A stretch of DNA of 64,000 nt. Origin: an uncultured Chloroflexia bacterium. Lineage in GTDB: Bacteria; Chloroflexota; Limnocylindria; Limnocylindrales; CSP1-4. Of the stretch, positions 1 through 11,553 are shown piece by piece. The notes under the pieces were generated by a model. The model did no database searches and was not told the origin of the DNA. It worked only from the letters and a program-made list of their open reading frames with translations. Position numbers and translations under genes: made by a program. The stretch is taken from contig CAVQJC010000020.1 in assembly GCA_963712745.1 (NCBI GenBank), positions 96,001 to 160,000 of the forward strand. Direction: 5' to 3'. Each line of letters starts with the position of its first letter. Positions within the stretch are counted from its first letter, which is position 1.

Positions 1-717
1 CAGTTGCTGCTTGAGCTCCCTCACCTTCTCCCAGGTCTCGAGCGTCTCGCGCCGCAGCTGGTCGGTGCGCAGGCGCGTGGATGTGGTCAGCAGTCGCAGC
101 GAGTCCAGCGCCTGCTGGTCCTGGGTGATCTGCTGCGCGAGCTGCGCGTCCTGCTCGCCGTAGGCCAGGTAGGCCGAGGTGTCGGTGAGCACATCGGAGA
201 ACGACTCGGCTGTGAAGACCTGCTCGATGAGGGTGGTGTTCTCCGCCCGATAGGCTTCGGCCAGCCGCAGCCCCAGCGCTTCGCGGCGGGCCTTCAGGTC
301 GGCCTCACCGTTGGCCAGCTCCTGCTCCAGGAGCCCCAGCGTGTAGTCGGTCTGCCGCTGCTCCTCGACGAGCTCGGTGTGGCGGTCCTTGATCCGGTCG
401 AGCCGGGCGCGCACCTTCTTGATCCGAGCCCGCACCGCGTCCTGGTCGGCACGGATGTCTTTGAGCTTGTCGATCGTCTGGGCCAGGTCCGTGCGAGTGT
501 CCTGCTCGTCCGCCTTGAGCTGCTCGACCAGCTTCTGGGACTTGCTGATGGAACGGGTAAGAGACGCCTGTCGCTTCTTGGCGGCGGCGATCTGGTCCTT
601 GAGGCTGGCAGCCTCGGTTGCGGGTGCTGGCATGGCCGGCACCGCGAGGACAACGGCGAAGAGGAGCACGAACAGGCGAAGCCAAGGCACGGCGGCTCCG
701 TGTGCTCGCGCATTCAC
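1..717 (-). CDS. Secreted coiled-coil protein, probable N-terminal part of an EnvC/M23-type murein hydrolase (3' end outside window)
   Basis: Manual translation, not in the ORF track: GTG at 717, signal peptide (WLRLFVLLFAVVLAVPAMPAPATEAA), then a long heptad-rich helix (SLKDQIAAAKKRQASLTRSISKSQKLVEQLK...IEQVFTAESFSDVL) open to position 1. The catalytic domain is not visible. Confidence 0.7.
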   Translation of the reverse strand, partial: MNARAHGAAVPWLRLFVLLFAVVLAVPAMPAPATEAASLKDQIAAAKKRQASLTRSISKSQKLVEQLKADEQDTRTDLAQTIDKLKDIRADQDAVRARIKKVRARLDRIKDRHTELVEEQRQTDYTLGLLEQELANGEADLKARREALGLRLAEAYRAENTTLIEQVFTAESFSDVLTDTSAYLAYGEQDAQLAQQITQDQQALDSLRLLTTSTRLRTDQLRRETLETWEKVRELKQQL

Positions 718-970
718 GCTAGACACGTCTGGCTATGTAACTCCCACTGCTGCCGTACGCAGCACCCCGGGCACGGGGGATGACCGAACACGGCACTCGG
801 TCGCTGTGACCCATGCTACTCCTCCATGACAGGCCCCGCAAACGCTTGCCGCGCTCGTTCGCGGCTAGTACGTTCGAGCCGGTGCGCCCGGACACCACGC
901 CGGGCACCATCGATGGCATGCATATCGGTGAGCCGCGTGGCTGCCTGCACTCGGCCCGACGGGTTCGACC

Positions 971-1624
971 ATGACGGCCATCGTCATGGTCGCCGCCGTC
1001 ATCGGCGGCCTATTCGGGCTGGGCGCCGATCGCCTAGCCGCCCGCTGGCCGGTGCACGTCGATGGCGCCGTGCGCGGCGTCGACTGGCGCACTCCGGCGG
1101 TCGTGCTCGGAGGCGCGGCCTCCTTCGGGCTGCTCCTCGCGCGCTGGTCCGATCCGATCGACATCGTCGTGCTGGGCCTGTACATCGCCGCGCTCATCGT
1201 GCTCCTCGCGACCGACCTCGATCAGCGGCTGCTGCCCGACCTCATCACGCTGCCGCTCATCGTGTACGGCGCGGTGGTCATGCTGCTCGGGCTTAACCCG
1301 GTCCTGGCCGGCAAATCGCAGATACTCATCGCCGACGGCGACCTCACCGCGCTTGCGGCGGCGCTGCTGGCTCCCGCCCTGCTGGCACTGACCGACCGCA
1401 TCTTCAAGGGCGCCCTGGGCATGGGCGACCTCAAGCTGGCCGTGAGCCTGGGCCTGATGTACGGCCTCTCCCAGCTATTCGTGGGCTTCCTCTTCGGCAC
1501 GGTCGCTTTCGCGGCCATCGTGCTCGTGCTGGTCCTGACACGCAGGCTGACGATGAAGACAGCCATCCCCTTCGGACCCGCCCTCATCGCGGCCGGCGTC
1601 TTCGCTTCCGTCGTCGGGGTCTGA
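971..1624 (+). CDS. Prepilin peptidase (A24 family)
   Basis: Polytopic membrane protein with TDLDQRLLPD, GMGDLKL and C-terminal IPFGPAL motifs. Confidence 0.9.
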   Translation: MTAIVMVAAVIGGLFGLGADRLAARWPVHVDGAVRGVDWRTPAVVLGGAASFGLLLARWSDPIDIVVLGLYIAALIVLLATDLDQRLLPDLITLPLIVYGAVVMLLGLNPVLAGKSQILIADGDLTALAAALLAPALLALTDRIFKGALGMGDLKLAVSLGLMYGLSQLFVGFLFGTVAFAAIVLVLVLTRRLTMKTAIPFGPALIAAGVFASVVGV

Positions 1625-1692
1625 CGCACACGACAGACGGTTGCGGTCCCTCCTGGCCCCCGGGCCGAGGGCAGATCCGCGGGGCCGAGTGC

Positions 1693-3219
1693 CTATCCAC
1701 CTTGGGAGGGCGGCGCCGCGGTGTCCGCCACCGCGAGTTCGACGAGCGTCGCGTGCATGACGCCGGTGGAGCCCTTGGTGGAGAACGCGTCCGTCTTGCT
1801 CAGGTAGGCCGTGCCCGCTATGTCGAGATGCGCCCAGGGCAGGGTCACGAACTCCCTCAGGAACAGCGCCGCGGTGATGGCACCGCCCTCCGCCGATCCG
1901 ACGTTGGACATGTCGGCGAACGGTGAGTCGAGGTCCTTGCGCAGATCATCGATGAGGGGCATGCGCCACAGGGGCTCACCCTGGCGCGCGGCGGCGGCGG
2001 CCACTTCCGACCACCACCCGTCGTCGCTGCCGAAACCGCCGGTCACGTATCGGCCGAGCGCGCGGGACATGGCGCCCGTAAGCGTGGCCACGTCGACGAT
2101 GTGAGTGGCGCCCTGGCGCTCGGCCCAGGTCAGCGCATCACCCAGGATCAGGCGGCCCTCGGCATCGGTGTTGTTGATCTCGACGGTCTTGCCGTTCATG
2201 GCGCGCACGACGTCGCCGGGACGCGTCGAGTGCGGGCCGGGCATGTTCTCGACAGCCGGCGCCACCGCCAGCATGGGCACGTCAGGTGCCAGCTGGACGG
2301 CCGTGGCGATGGCGTTCAGGACCGTGCAGGCGCCGGTCTTGTCCGTCTTCATCTCGCCCATGTGGGGCGACGGCTTGAGGCTGATGCCGCCGGTGTCGAA
2401 GGTGACGCCTTTGCCTACCATGGCCAGCAGGCGTCCGCGCCCGTCGCGCTCGAGCTCCGGCTTGCTGCGCAGGGCGATGAATCTGGGAGGGTTGTCCGAG
2501 CCGCGCCCCACGGCCAGGAACATGCCCATGCCCAAGCGCTCGGCCTCCTCGGGCCCGAAGACCGTCAGTTCGAGGCCGTACGCCTTGGCCAGGTCGGCGG
2601 CCTCATCGGCCAGGACCGCGGGCGAGACGTCGTTGGCAGCCCGTTGCGCCAGGCGGCGAGTGCGGTTGCCGCCCTCACCGATGATGCGACCGCGCTCGGC
2701 GCCGGCCAGCAGGACCGCGGGCTGGCCCGACTCCACCACCAATGTGACATCGTCGAGTTCGGGCACCAGGTCGTCGGCCCGCTCGTTGTAGATGGCGGAC
2801 GGCTCGGCCGCACCTTCGACCAGCCCGCGGGTGGCCAGCTCGACCACGACCTCGAGCGTGTCGCTGCCCGAGACCAGCTGGTCGGGCAGGTGCAGCGCCA
2901 GCGTGGAGACCTGGAGGCCGGCCAGGCGGCGCACGATGACCGACCCCAGGCGACGGGCCCCGAGCCGGTCGATGGCGCGGCCGTCGCCGATGCCCACCGT
3001 GAGCACGAAGCGCACTCCGAGCTCGCGGGCCGGCAGCAGCCTCGCTTCCCAGAGCTTGCCCTTCATGGCCCCGACGGCCCGCAGCTCGGTGATGGCGCCG
3101 CCGAGCCGGCGATCGACCTCGGCGAGGTACTCGGGCAGCTCGTCGGTGGCAGGCACCGTCACGGCCAGGACGTCGGCTTCGACATCCCAGGGCTGGCGGC
3201 GTTCGACGTTCAGGCGCAT
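1693..3219 (-). CDS. pepA: Leucyl aminopeptidase (M17)
   Basis: GKGVTFDTGGISLK, MKTDKTGA, NTDAEGRL, DVATLTGA and HLDIAG motifs; start MRLNVE after a GAGGA RBS. Confidence 0.95.
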   Translation of the reverse strand: MRLNVERRQPWDVEADVLAVTVPATDELPEYLAEVDRRLGGAITELRAVGAMKGKLWEARLLPARELGVRFVLTVGIGDGRAIDRLGARRLGSVIVRRLAGLQVSTLALHLPDQLVSGSDTLEVVVELATRGLVEGAAEPSAIYNERADDLVPELDDVTLVVESGQPAVLLAGAERGRIIGEGGNRTRRLAQRAANDVSPAVLADEAADLAKAYGLELTVFGPEEAERLGMGMFLAVGRGSDNPPRFIALRSKPELERDGRGRLLAMVGKGVTFDTGGISLKPSPHMGEMKTDKTGACTVLNAIATAVQLAPDVPMLAVAPAVENMPGPHSTRPGDVVRAMNGKTVEINNTDAEGRLILGDALTWAERQGATHIVDVATLTGAMSRALGRYVTGGFGSDDGWWSEVAAAAARQGEPLWRMPLIDDLRKDLDSPFADMSNVGSAEGGAITAALFLREFVTLPWAHLDIAGTAYLSKTDAFSTKGSTGVMHATLVELAVADTAAPPSQGG

Positions 3220-3410
3220 CGCGTGGTCGTCCTCTTTCGTGCGTTCACTGGCCGCTGAAGGCCAATGGTCGGTCGGCGTCGGGGGCAGTCCTCCGAGTCT
3301 ATCGCGTCGCCCGGCCCGGACCATCCGCCACACCTCCCACCTGCCTCGGGCCGGCGGTCACCTTCTGGCGAGGGCGTTCCTGTCGGTCCGCGGGTGGCTA
3401 GCATGGGGGG

Positions 3411-4490
3411 ATGGCGACCCGATCGATGGACCTGCATGCCTGGTTGACGTCGATGCCCAAGGCAGAGCTGCATCTCCACCTGGATGGATCGCTCCGGCCC
3501 GCCTCGGCGCTGGAGCTGGCCGGACAGCGCGACCACGGCCTGCCGGACATGCCGCTCGACGTGGACGCCATGCGAGACCGCCTGGTGGCTCCCGAGCGCT
3601 GCGCCGACCAGGCGGAGCTGCTGCGTGCCTTCGACCTGCCCATCGCGCTGCTGCAGGACGCGCAGGCACTCGAACGCGTGGCTGCCGAGCTGGTCGAGGA
3701 CGTGGCCGGGGAGGGCACGGCCTATGCCGAGATCCGCTGGGCTCCGTCGCTACACCTCGAGCGCGGGATGAGCCTGGCCGACGGCATCGCGGCGGTCGTT
3801 CGTGGCGCTCGGAGCGCGGCCCAGCGGGCCGCCATCGAGGTGCGCCTCATCACGGTGGCCCTGCGCACGCACGATGCAGACACCGCGCGGCGCGTGGCGG
3901 AGGCCTCGCTCGACTTCCTGGGTGAGGGCCTGACCGGCTTCGACATCGCCGGCATCGAGCGGGACGCGCCCGACCCGCGGGTCTTCAGCGAGGCCATCGC
4001 GGTGGCGCGGCAGGGAGGCCTGGGCATCACTTGCCACGCCGGCGAGTGGGGCGGTGCGGCTCAGGTGTGGCGAGCCCTCGAGGTCGATCCCTGGCGCATC
4101 GCCCACGGCGCCCCGGCGGCCGACGACCGAGCGCTGATGACCGAGCTGACCGAACGGGGCGTCACGCTGGACATCTGCCCCACCAGCAACCGCCAGGCCG
4201 GCATCGGCACCGATGACCGGCACGCTCCCCTGCCCCGGCTCATCCGCGCCGGCGTGCCGGTCACCATCAACACCGACGACCGCACCGTCTCCGACTTGTC
4301 GCTCGTCCGCGAGCTCGAGGGAGCCGTGCTCCAGCTGGGCGTGACACCCGGCGAGGTCGTGCGCACCATGCGACAGGCCTACGCTTCCGCGTTCCTGCAC
4401 CATGACGAGGAACTGCGGGCCCAGCTGCAACAGGCCCTCGACGCCTGGCTGGCAGCGCACCCGGCCCCGGCCGCGCCAGCCGCGCCATAG
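3411..4490 (+). CDS. add: Adenosine/adenine deaminase family protein
   Basis: PKAELHLHLDGS, HAGE, RIAHG, CPTSN, NTDD; TAGCAT -10 six nt before the ATG. Confidence 0.9.
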   Translation: MATRSMDLHAWLTSMPKAELHLHLDGSLRPASALELAGQRDHGLPDMPLDVDAMRDRLVAPERCADQAELLRAFDLPIALLQDAQALERVAAELVEDVAGEGTAYAEIRWAPSLHLERGMSLADGIAAVVRGARSAAQRAAIEVRLITVALRTHDADTARRVAEASLDFLGEGLTGFDIAGIERDAPDPRVFSEAIAVARQGGLGITCHAGEWGGAAQVWRALEVDPWRIAHGAPAADDRALMTELTERGVTLDICPTSNRQAGIGTDDRHAPLPRLIRAGVPVTINTDDRTVSDLSLVRELEGAVLQLGVTPGEVVRTMRQAYASAFLHHDEELRAQLQQALDAWLAAHPAPAAPAAP

Positions 4491-4506
4491 GTGACACGTC
4501 GTGCGC

Positions 4507-5322
4507 TCAGCCCTGGGTGGCCGCCAGCTGGTCGAGTACATGCCCAAGATCCTGTGGGCCAGTGGCGATCGCCGTCGGGCGTCCGTCGGGGGGCAGCGCC
4601 TCAGCCTGCTCGGCCGTAGTCACGCCCGTGAGCACGAGCACGCTGCGGGCACCCACTGCCCGGGCTGCAGCGATGTCGGTGACCAGCCCATCGCCGATGA
4701 CCACCGCCTCCTCCACGCGCATACCCACCACCGCGGCCGCCTCACGCATGAGCCCGGGCTCGGGTTTGCCGATGACCAGGTCCGGCTCCCGCCCACTGGC
4801 CGTCACTATGGCCTGGATCATCGAGCCTGCGCCGGCCTTGAGACCGTCGGGCATGGGGAAGACGGGATCGAGGTTGGTGGCGGCGAAGAACGCGCCTTCG
4901 CGAACGGCTGCAGCCGCGGCCGAGAGCCGATCGAACGAGAGGTCGAAGTCGACCCCGCAGGCGACTGCATCGGGCTGCCGTGCCAGGCCGGTGTACGAGC
5001 ACTCGACGGTGGCCAGCCCGACGTCGTCGAGCTCGCGCTGGAGCCCGCGGCCACCGAAGACCATCGTCAGCCGCGGTGGGCTGGCCATGGCGGCCAGGGC
5101 CAGGGCGGTGCCGCGGGCCGAGGTCAGGATGCGCTCCGGGGCGGCCGGGGCGCCCATGTCCGCGAGCCGGGCCTGGTACTCGCTGCGGTGCCAGCGCGAG
5201 TTGTTGGTGACATAGACGATGATGTCGCCGTCTGCCTCGCGCTGCGACAGCAGCTCGGGCATGCCGGGGATCTTCTCCGTACCCCGGTACACGACACCGT
5301 CAAGATCGACAAGAAGGAGCAT
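4507..5322 (-). CDS. HAD-IIA (NagD-like) hydrolase
   Basis: DLDGVVY, VTNNS, GKPEP, IGDGLVTDI, VLTG motifs. Confidence 0.93.
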   Translation of the reverse strand: MLLLVDLDGVVYRGTEKIPGMPELLSQREADGDIIVYVTNNSRWHRSEYQARLADMGAPAAPERILTSARGTALALAAMASPPRLTMVFGGRGLQRELDDVGLATVECSYTGLARQPDAVACGVDFDLSFDRLSAAAAAVREGAFFAATNLDPVFPMPDGLKAGAGSMIQAIVTASGREPDLVIGKPEPGLMREAAAVVGMRVEEAVVIGDGLVTDIAAARAVGARSVLVLTGVTTAEQAEALPPDGRPTAIATGPQDLGHVLDQLAATQG

Positions 5323-5368
5323 GCCCCGATGGTAGCCGCCGGGACCGGCCGCGGTTGAAGGAGCTCAA

Positions 5369-5971
5369 GTGACCCGACCCGATGGCGTCGAGGAGTTCGA
5401 CCTGCTCCTCATCGACGGCGACAATCTGCTCCACGACGTGCGTGGCAGCCGCGATGAGGGCGGCGTGGCCTGGCTGCTCCCGCGCCTCTCGGGCTGGCGC
5501 CCGAAGCATCTGCGCATCATCGTCGGTCTCGATGGTCACGCGGCACCGGGCGAAGCCAGCCGCAACCGGGCCACGCGCGGCATCGAGTTCCACCACTCGG
5601 GCTCGCGCAGCGCCGACGACCTGCTCGTCAGCATCCTGCGGTCACAGCCCTATGCCGGTCGCAGCCGGACCATCGTCGTCACCCGCGACCGCGGCCTGCA
5701 GGCCCGCGCCAACCGCACCGGGGGCGTGACGCGCTCGGTCGATTGGCTCATGGCCCAGGTGGCCGGGACCGGGCGACGGTCGGTCCACCGCGGCAGGGGC
5801 GGCAGCGGAACCAAGCCCATCGGCATCGGCCAGGGCAAGCCACCGCCAAAACGCCATTTCGACGCGCCCGACCCCGCAGAAGCGGAACAGGAGGGCTGGG
5901 GGCCGGGACGCGGAGCGACGAAGAAGAAGGGCAACCCCAAGCGCGCCCCGAAACAATCACGCCGGCGCTAG
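5369..5971 (+). CDS. NYN/YacP-like PIN-fold protein with basic tail
   Basis: LLIDGDNLL, SADDLL, VVTRDRGL motifs. Confidence 0.75.
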   Translation: MTRPDGVEEFDLLLIDGDNLLHDVRGSRDEGGVAWLLPRLSGWRPKHLRIIVGLDGHAAPGEASRNRATRGIEFHHSGSRSADDLLVSILRSQPYAGRSRTIVVTRDRGLQARANRTGGVTRSVDWLMAQVAGTGRRSVHRGRGGSGTKPIGIGQGKPPPKRHFDAPDPAEAEQEGWGPGRGATKKKGNPKRAPKQSRRR

Positions 5972-5980
5972 TATCTCGCC

Positions 5981-6457
5981 ATGGCGACCGACCCCTGGAC
6001 CTCGTTCCTGGACTGGCTTACCACCGTGCTCGTGCCCGCCTGGGGCGAGCTCATCGGCCTGCTGCCCTACGTGCTGACCGCCACCATCGCGGGCCCCATC
6101 GTGACCATCATCGTGCTCATGTGGGGCTGGTATCTGCTCAAACGCCGGCGCGGCAAGGTGCGGCGGGGCGAAGCACAGGCCGTGCCCGCGCCGGTGGACG
6201 CTGAGGGCAGCCCGGTCTTCCCACCGAATGTGCCCTACTGCGAGGACCACGCGCTCATCTATCCCCCGCGCGCCAAGGCCTGCGCCATGAACGGCGACCC
6301 GTTGAGCGTGGCCTGCCCCGTCGACGGCACGGTGCGCAGTGCGGAGATCGACACCTGCTCCGCCTGCGGCACGAAGTACAAGCTGGGAGCCAAGACGAGC
6401 TCATCGGTCATCCTCTCGTCGGACGGACCGCCGGAGGGTGGCGCCGCCATCGCCTAG
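5981..6457 (+). CDS. Hypothetical membrane protein with Cys-rich (Zn-ribbon-like) C-terminus
   Basis: N-terminal hydrophobic helices, then CEDH, CAMN, CPVD and CSAC; leaderless-type TAGTAT upstream. Confidence 0.7.
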   Translation: MATDPWTSFLDWLTTVLVPAWGELIGLLPYVLTATIAGPIVTIIVLMWGWYLLKRRRGKVRRGEAQAVPAPVDAEGSPVFPPNVPYCEDHALIYPPRAKACAMNGDPLSVACPVDGTVRSAEIDTCSACGTKYKLGAKTSSSVILSSDGPPEGGAAIA

Positions 6458-6502
6458 GCGGCTCTACCCGGCGCTGGACATGGATCATCGGTAACGGCTG
6501 AC

Positions 6503-7432
6503 GTGGCGACCCTGTCCCAGTACCTGTTCGTGGTCGGCGCCTTGCTGCTCTCGTTCGCCTTCGTGGGCAGCGTGGCCTACACCACGCTCCTGGCGGTCGG
6601 CCGCAGGACGGCCGGCCTCACGGTCACCGCAGCCGTCGGTCCGCGCCTGGCGACCGCCGGCCCTGTGGACCTCGCTCCCCCGCTGGGACCCGCGGAGACA
6701 TCGCCGCGTGGCTCGGCCACCGTGGCGGCCATCGCGTTGGGGCTCACTGGGGCTGCCTTCCTGGTGCTGGCGGGCTCGCTGCTGACGCGCGCCGTCGTGG
6801 TCGAGCGCGGTCCCTGGGGCAACATGTACGAGTTCTCCATCGCCTTCGCGGTGGGCATCCTGGGCGGCTACCTCTTCCTTTCCCGGCGCTACCCGATCCG
6901 CTCGATCGCCTTTCTGCCGTTGGGCGTGGCACTCTTCCTCGCGGGCTACGCGGCCACGCTTCCGGCCGCCATCGAGCCGCTGGTGCCAGCCCTGGACAAC
7001 CCGCCGCTGCTGACCATCCACGTGGCCATGGCCATGATCGCCTACGGGGTGCTGGCGGTCTCCTTCGGCGCCGCCGTCGGCTATCTCGCACAGGGCGAAG
7101 AGGACCGCTTCTCGTGGCTGCCCAGCCACGAGGTACTGGACGAGGTCGCCTATCGCTCGGTCGTCATCGGCTTCCCCATCTTCGCCACCATGATCATCCT
7201 GGGTTCCTACTGGGCCTCGATCGCCTGGGGCCGCTACTGGGGCTGGGATCCCAAGGAGACCTCGGCCCTGGTTACCTGGCTCATCTATGCGGTCTACCTG
7301 CACGCGCGCAGCCAGGCATCATGGCGAGGCCGGCCGGCAGCGCTGATCCTGGTCCTCGGCTTCGCGGCTGTGCTCTTCACCTACTTCGGCAACCTCTTCT
7401 TCAGCGGCCTGCACTCCTACTCCGGCCTCTAG
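6503..7432 (+). CDS. ccsA: Cytochrome c biogenesis protein CcsA/ResC (system II)
   Basis: PWGNMYE, LTIHV, WGRYWGWDPKET, GLHSY motifs. Confidence 0.95.
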   Translation: MATLSQYLFVVGALLLSFAFVGSVAYTTLLAVGRRTAGLTVTAAVGPRLATAGPVDLAPPLGPAETSPRGSATVAAIALGLTGAAFLVLAGSLLTRAVVVERGPWGNMYEFSIAFAVGILGGYLFLSRRYPIRSIAFLPLGVALFLAGYAATLPAAIEPLVPALDNPPLLTIHVAMAMIAYGVLAVSFGAAVGYLAQGEEDRFSWLPSHEVLDEVAYRSVVIGFPIFATMIILGSYWASIAWGRYWGWDPKETSALVTWLIYAVYLHARSQASWRGRPAALILVLGFAAVLFTYFGNLFFSGLHSYSGL

Positions 7433-7555
7433 CGGCAGCCGGTTCATGACGGTCCTTCAGCCGCCCATCCAGCCGCCGTCGCGAAACCAGCGCTGGCCCT
7501 GGGCCTGACGGCCCTGCTGCCCGCGGCGGTGCCGTCGGGGATCAGGAACGCCCGT

Positions 7556-8574
<1,019 letters not shown>

Positions 8575-8578
<4 letters not shown>

Positions 8579-10185
8579 GCCGCCACCCCCGAGGCCCCAC
8601 CCACGCGCGCGGACGCTGCGGCCGGATCAAGGTAGTTCTTGTAGGCCAGCTCGAGCACGGCCTTCTCGCTGAACTCGTCACGCTGCAGCTCGCCCACGAC
8701 CGCGCCCTTGCTGAAGACCATGATGCGATGGCAGATGCCCAGCAGCTCGAGCAGGTCGGACGACACCACGATGAGCCCCTTGCCCTCCTCGGCGAGGTCC
8801 CAGATCAGGTTGTAGATCTCGAACTTGGCTCCGACGTCGATGCCGCGCGTGGGCTCGTCGAAGATCAGGACGTCCGACTCGGCGAAGAGCCACTTGGCGA
8901 CGACGACCTTCTGCTGGTTGCCGCCCGACAAGAAGCGGACGACCTGCGTGGGCGACTGGGCCTTGATGCTGAGGGCATCGATCAGTCGCTGCGTCTCGGA
9001 GTCCTCCTTGCCGGTCTGCATCAGGCCTCGTCGCACCACCGCGTCGAGCCTGGTGATCGTGGTGTTCTGCGCTAGCGTCATGTCGAGGATGAGGCCCTGG
9101 GACTTGCGGTCCTCGGTGAGCAGGCAGATACCCGCTTTCACCGCGTCCTTGGGCCCGCCCACGTGGATCTCCTCCCCACGGACGCGGATGGTGCCCGCGG
9201 TCGCCTTGTCGGCGCCGAAGATGGCGCGCATCGCCTCGGTCCGTCCCGAGCCGACGAGGCCGGCCACCCCGACGATCTCGCCCTCGCGCACACTCAAGGA
9301 GACGGGCTCGACGTTCCCGCGATAGGTCAGGCCCTCGACCGAGAGCAGCTCATCGCCGCGCTCGACCGCCGCACGGAAGGGGAAGCCCTCGGTCATGGCT
9401 CGCCCGACCATGAGCTCGATGACCTCGGACACGGTGACGTCGGCGACGTCTTCGGTGGCCACCCACTGGCCGTTGCGAAGCACCGTGACACGGTCGCCGA
9501 TCTCCTTCATCTCGTCGAGATGATGGGAGATGAAGAGCACGCCGATGCCCTGCCCCGTGAGCTTGCGGATGATCGAGAAGAGCTGGTCGACTTCGCGAGG
9601 CGTCAACGTCGCGGTGGGCTCGTCGAGGATCAGGACTCGCGCGTCGGTGAGGAGCGCGCGGCCGATCTCGACCAACTGCATCTGGGCGATGCCCAGGTCC
9701 TCGACCGGCGTGTCGGGCGAGGCGTCGAGGCCCACTTCCTTCAGCAGGCGTTCGGCCCGTCGCCGCAGCTCGCCGCGATCGACGAGGCCGCGACGCGACG
9801 GCAACGACTCGAAGGAGAGGTTCTCCTCGATCGTGAGGTAGGTGAGCAGATTCAGTTCCTGGTAGACGACGCGGATGCCGGCCTCGATGGCCTCCTGCGG
9901 GTCGTGGGCCAGGTACGGCGAGCCATCGAGGAACATCTCGCCGCCGTCCGGCTGCTCGACGCCGGAGAGCACCTTCACGAGGGTGGACTTGCCGGCGCCG
10001 TTCTCGCCCACCAAGGCGTGCACCTCGCCCCGCAGGATGGTCAGGCTGACGCTGTCGAGCGCTCGCACACCCGGGAACTCCTTGGTCAGGGAGCGCACCT
10101 CGACGATCGGCTCCCGGTCAGGTGACGCGGCGGTCGCGGTCGCGGATGCGGCCGTGTTCGTGGCGTCGCTTGACGGCAAGGTCAT
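8575..10185 (-). CDS. rbsA: Sugar ABC transporter ATP-binding protein (two NBDs)
   Basis: GENGAGKST, LDEPT, LSGGNQQK, DEPTRGIDVGAK. Confidence 0.93.
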
Positions 10186-10273
10186 CGAGTCCTCGCTCAG
10201 AGCTCCTGGGCAGATGATACAGAAGGTCGGCCGCCGGGGGAGGCCAACGACCGACCCTTCTCGCTACTGCTGG

Positions 10274-11305
10274 TTACTCGACGACGACGTTCTCCGCCGT
10301 GACGAGCTCGATGGGGGTCGTCTGCCAGCCGCAGAAGGACTCGCCGGCCATCTCGCGCAGGCCGAACTCGATGCCGAAGACGGCCATGTTGGCGCCGAAC
10401 TGCTCGATCGTGGCCAGCATGCTGCCGTCAGCGACGAGCGGGCGGACGCCGGGGATGTTGTCGAAGCCCACGACCGCGATCTCGCCGACCTTGCCGGCGG
10501 CCTCGAGCGCGGACACGACGCCGAGGGCCATGGAGTCGTTGGCTGCCATGACGCCCTGGACGTCCGGGTACTTGGTGAGGAAGTCCGTCATCACGCCGTT
10601 GGCGAGCTCCTGCTCCCAGTTGGCGGTGCGTGATTCGAGCAGGTCGAGGCCGTACTCGGCCACCGAGTCATCGAACCCGAGCTTGCGCTGGACGGCGTTG
10701 TCGGCCTCGGGGTTGCCCTCGAGGATGACGACCTTGCCACCCTCGCCGAGGAGCTTGCCGAGCTCGTCGCCGGCCAGCTTGGCTCCGGCGCGGTTGTCGG
10801 GACCGAAGAAGGCCAGATTGACACCAGCTTCTTCCTTGGCGGTTTCGTCAAGGGCGACGTCGATGTTGACGACGACGATGCCAGCATCGATGGCCTGGGC
10901 CAGCGGCTCGACCATGGCCCTGGAGTCGGCCGGGGCGACGACGATGACGTCGAACTGGCTGGTGATGTAGTTCTCGATGGCCTCGAACTGGGCGTTGAAG
11001 TCTCGCTCGTCCTGCATGCCCACGGTCTCGAAGTCGAAGAGGTCAGCGTTCTCGGCAGCGAACGCCTTGGCACCGGCGTCCATCTGCATGAAGAACTCGT
11101 TGGCCAGCGACTTCATGACCAGACCGACCTTGGGCTTGCGGCCAAGCTCCCCGGTGAGGTCTGGGATCTCGCCGGTGACTACTGCCACCGGGCATTCCTC
11201 TTCATCCTGGGCGAAGGCGACCGCGCCCGATCCGACGACCAGCCCGGCCGCCATGAGCGTGCTGAGGCCGGTGGCGAGCCAGCGGCTCTTGGTGATTCCA
11301 ACCAT
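10274..11305 (-). CDS. rbsB: Sugar (ribose-like) ABC substrate-binding protein
   Basis: Signal peptide ending AFA|QD; VMKSLANEFF, GPDNRAGA, ANDSMALG, VVGFD. Confidence 0.88.
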   Translation of the reverse strand: MVGITKSRWLATGLSTLMAAGLVVGSGAVAFAQDEEECPVAVVTGEIPDLTGELGRKPKVGLVMKSLANEFFMQMDAGAKAFAAENADLFDFETVGMQDERDFNAQFEAIENYITSQFDVIVVAPADSRAMVEPLAQAIDAGIVVVNIDVALDETAKEEAGVNLAFFGPDNRAGAKLAGDELGKLLGEGGKVVILEGNPEADNAVQRKLGFDDSVAEYGLDLLESRTANWEQELANGVMTDFLTKYPDVQGVMAANDSMALGVVSALEAAGKVGEIAVVGFDNIPGVRPLVADGSMLATIEQFGANMAVFGIEFGLREMAGESFCGWQTTPIELVTAENVVVE

Positions 11306-11387
11306 TTCGGTGGATCCTCCTTGTGGCCCCCTCGGGGCCTGTCCTCTGCCGCGGCGAGCCGACCCATGTCAGCCCCCACGCTCGGTG

Positions 11388-11411
11388 CGCAACCGTTTGC
11401 GCAACCGTTTA
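11388..11411. promoter_or_regulatory. Tandem LacI-family operators (2 x 12 bp)
   Basis: cgcaaccgtttg-cgcaaccgttta upstream of the binding-protein gene; resembles RbsR/PurR-type operators. Confidence 0.75.
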
Positions 11412-11553
11412 CGTCGCGAGTCTACGGTGCCCGTCTGTCGACGTCAAGCAGATTCCTGGGAATCGCGACGTGACAGAGGGTTGCCGACCTCGGACGCCGG
11501 CCGCCCTCTGTCGATCGATGCCCCCGCGGTCGGGGCCTAGGGTCTGCCTGCTG

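Noticed and set aside
3381-3404. PafBC promoter upstream of add
   Set aside because: TGTCGG is 12 nt, not 10 nt, from TAGCAT.
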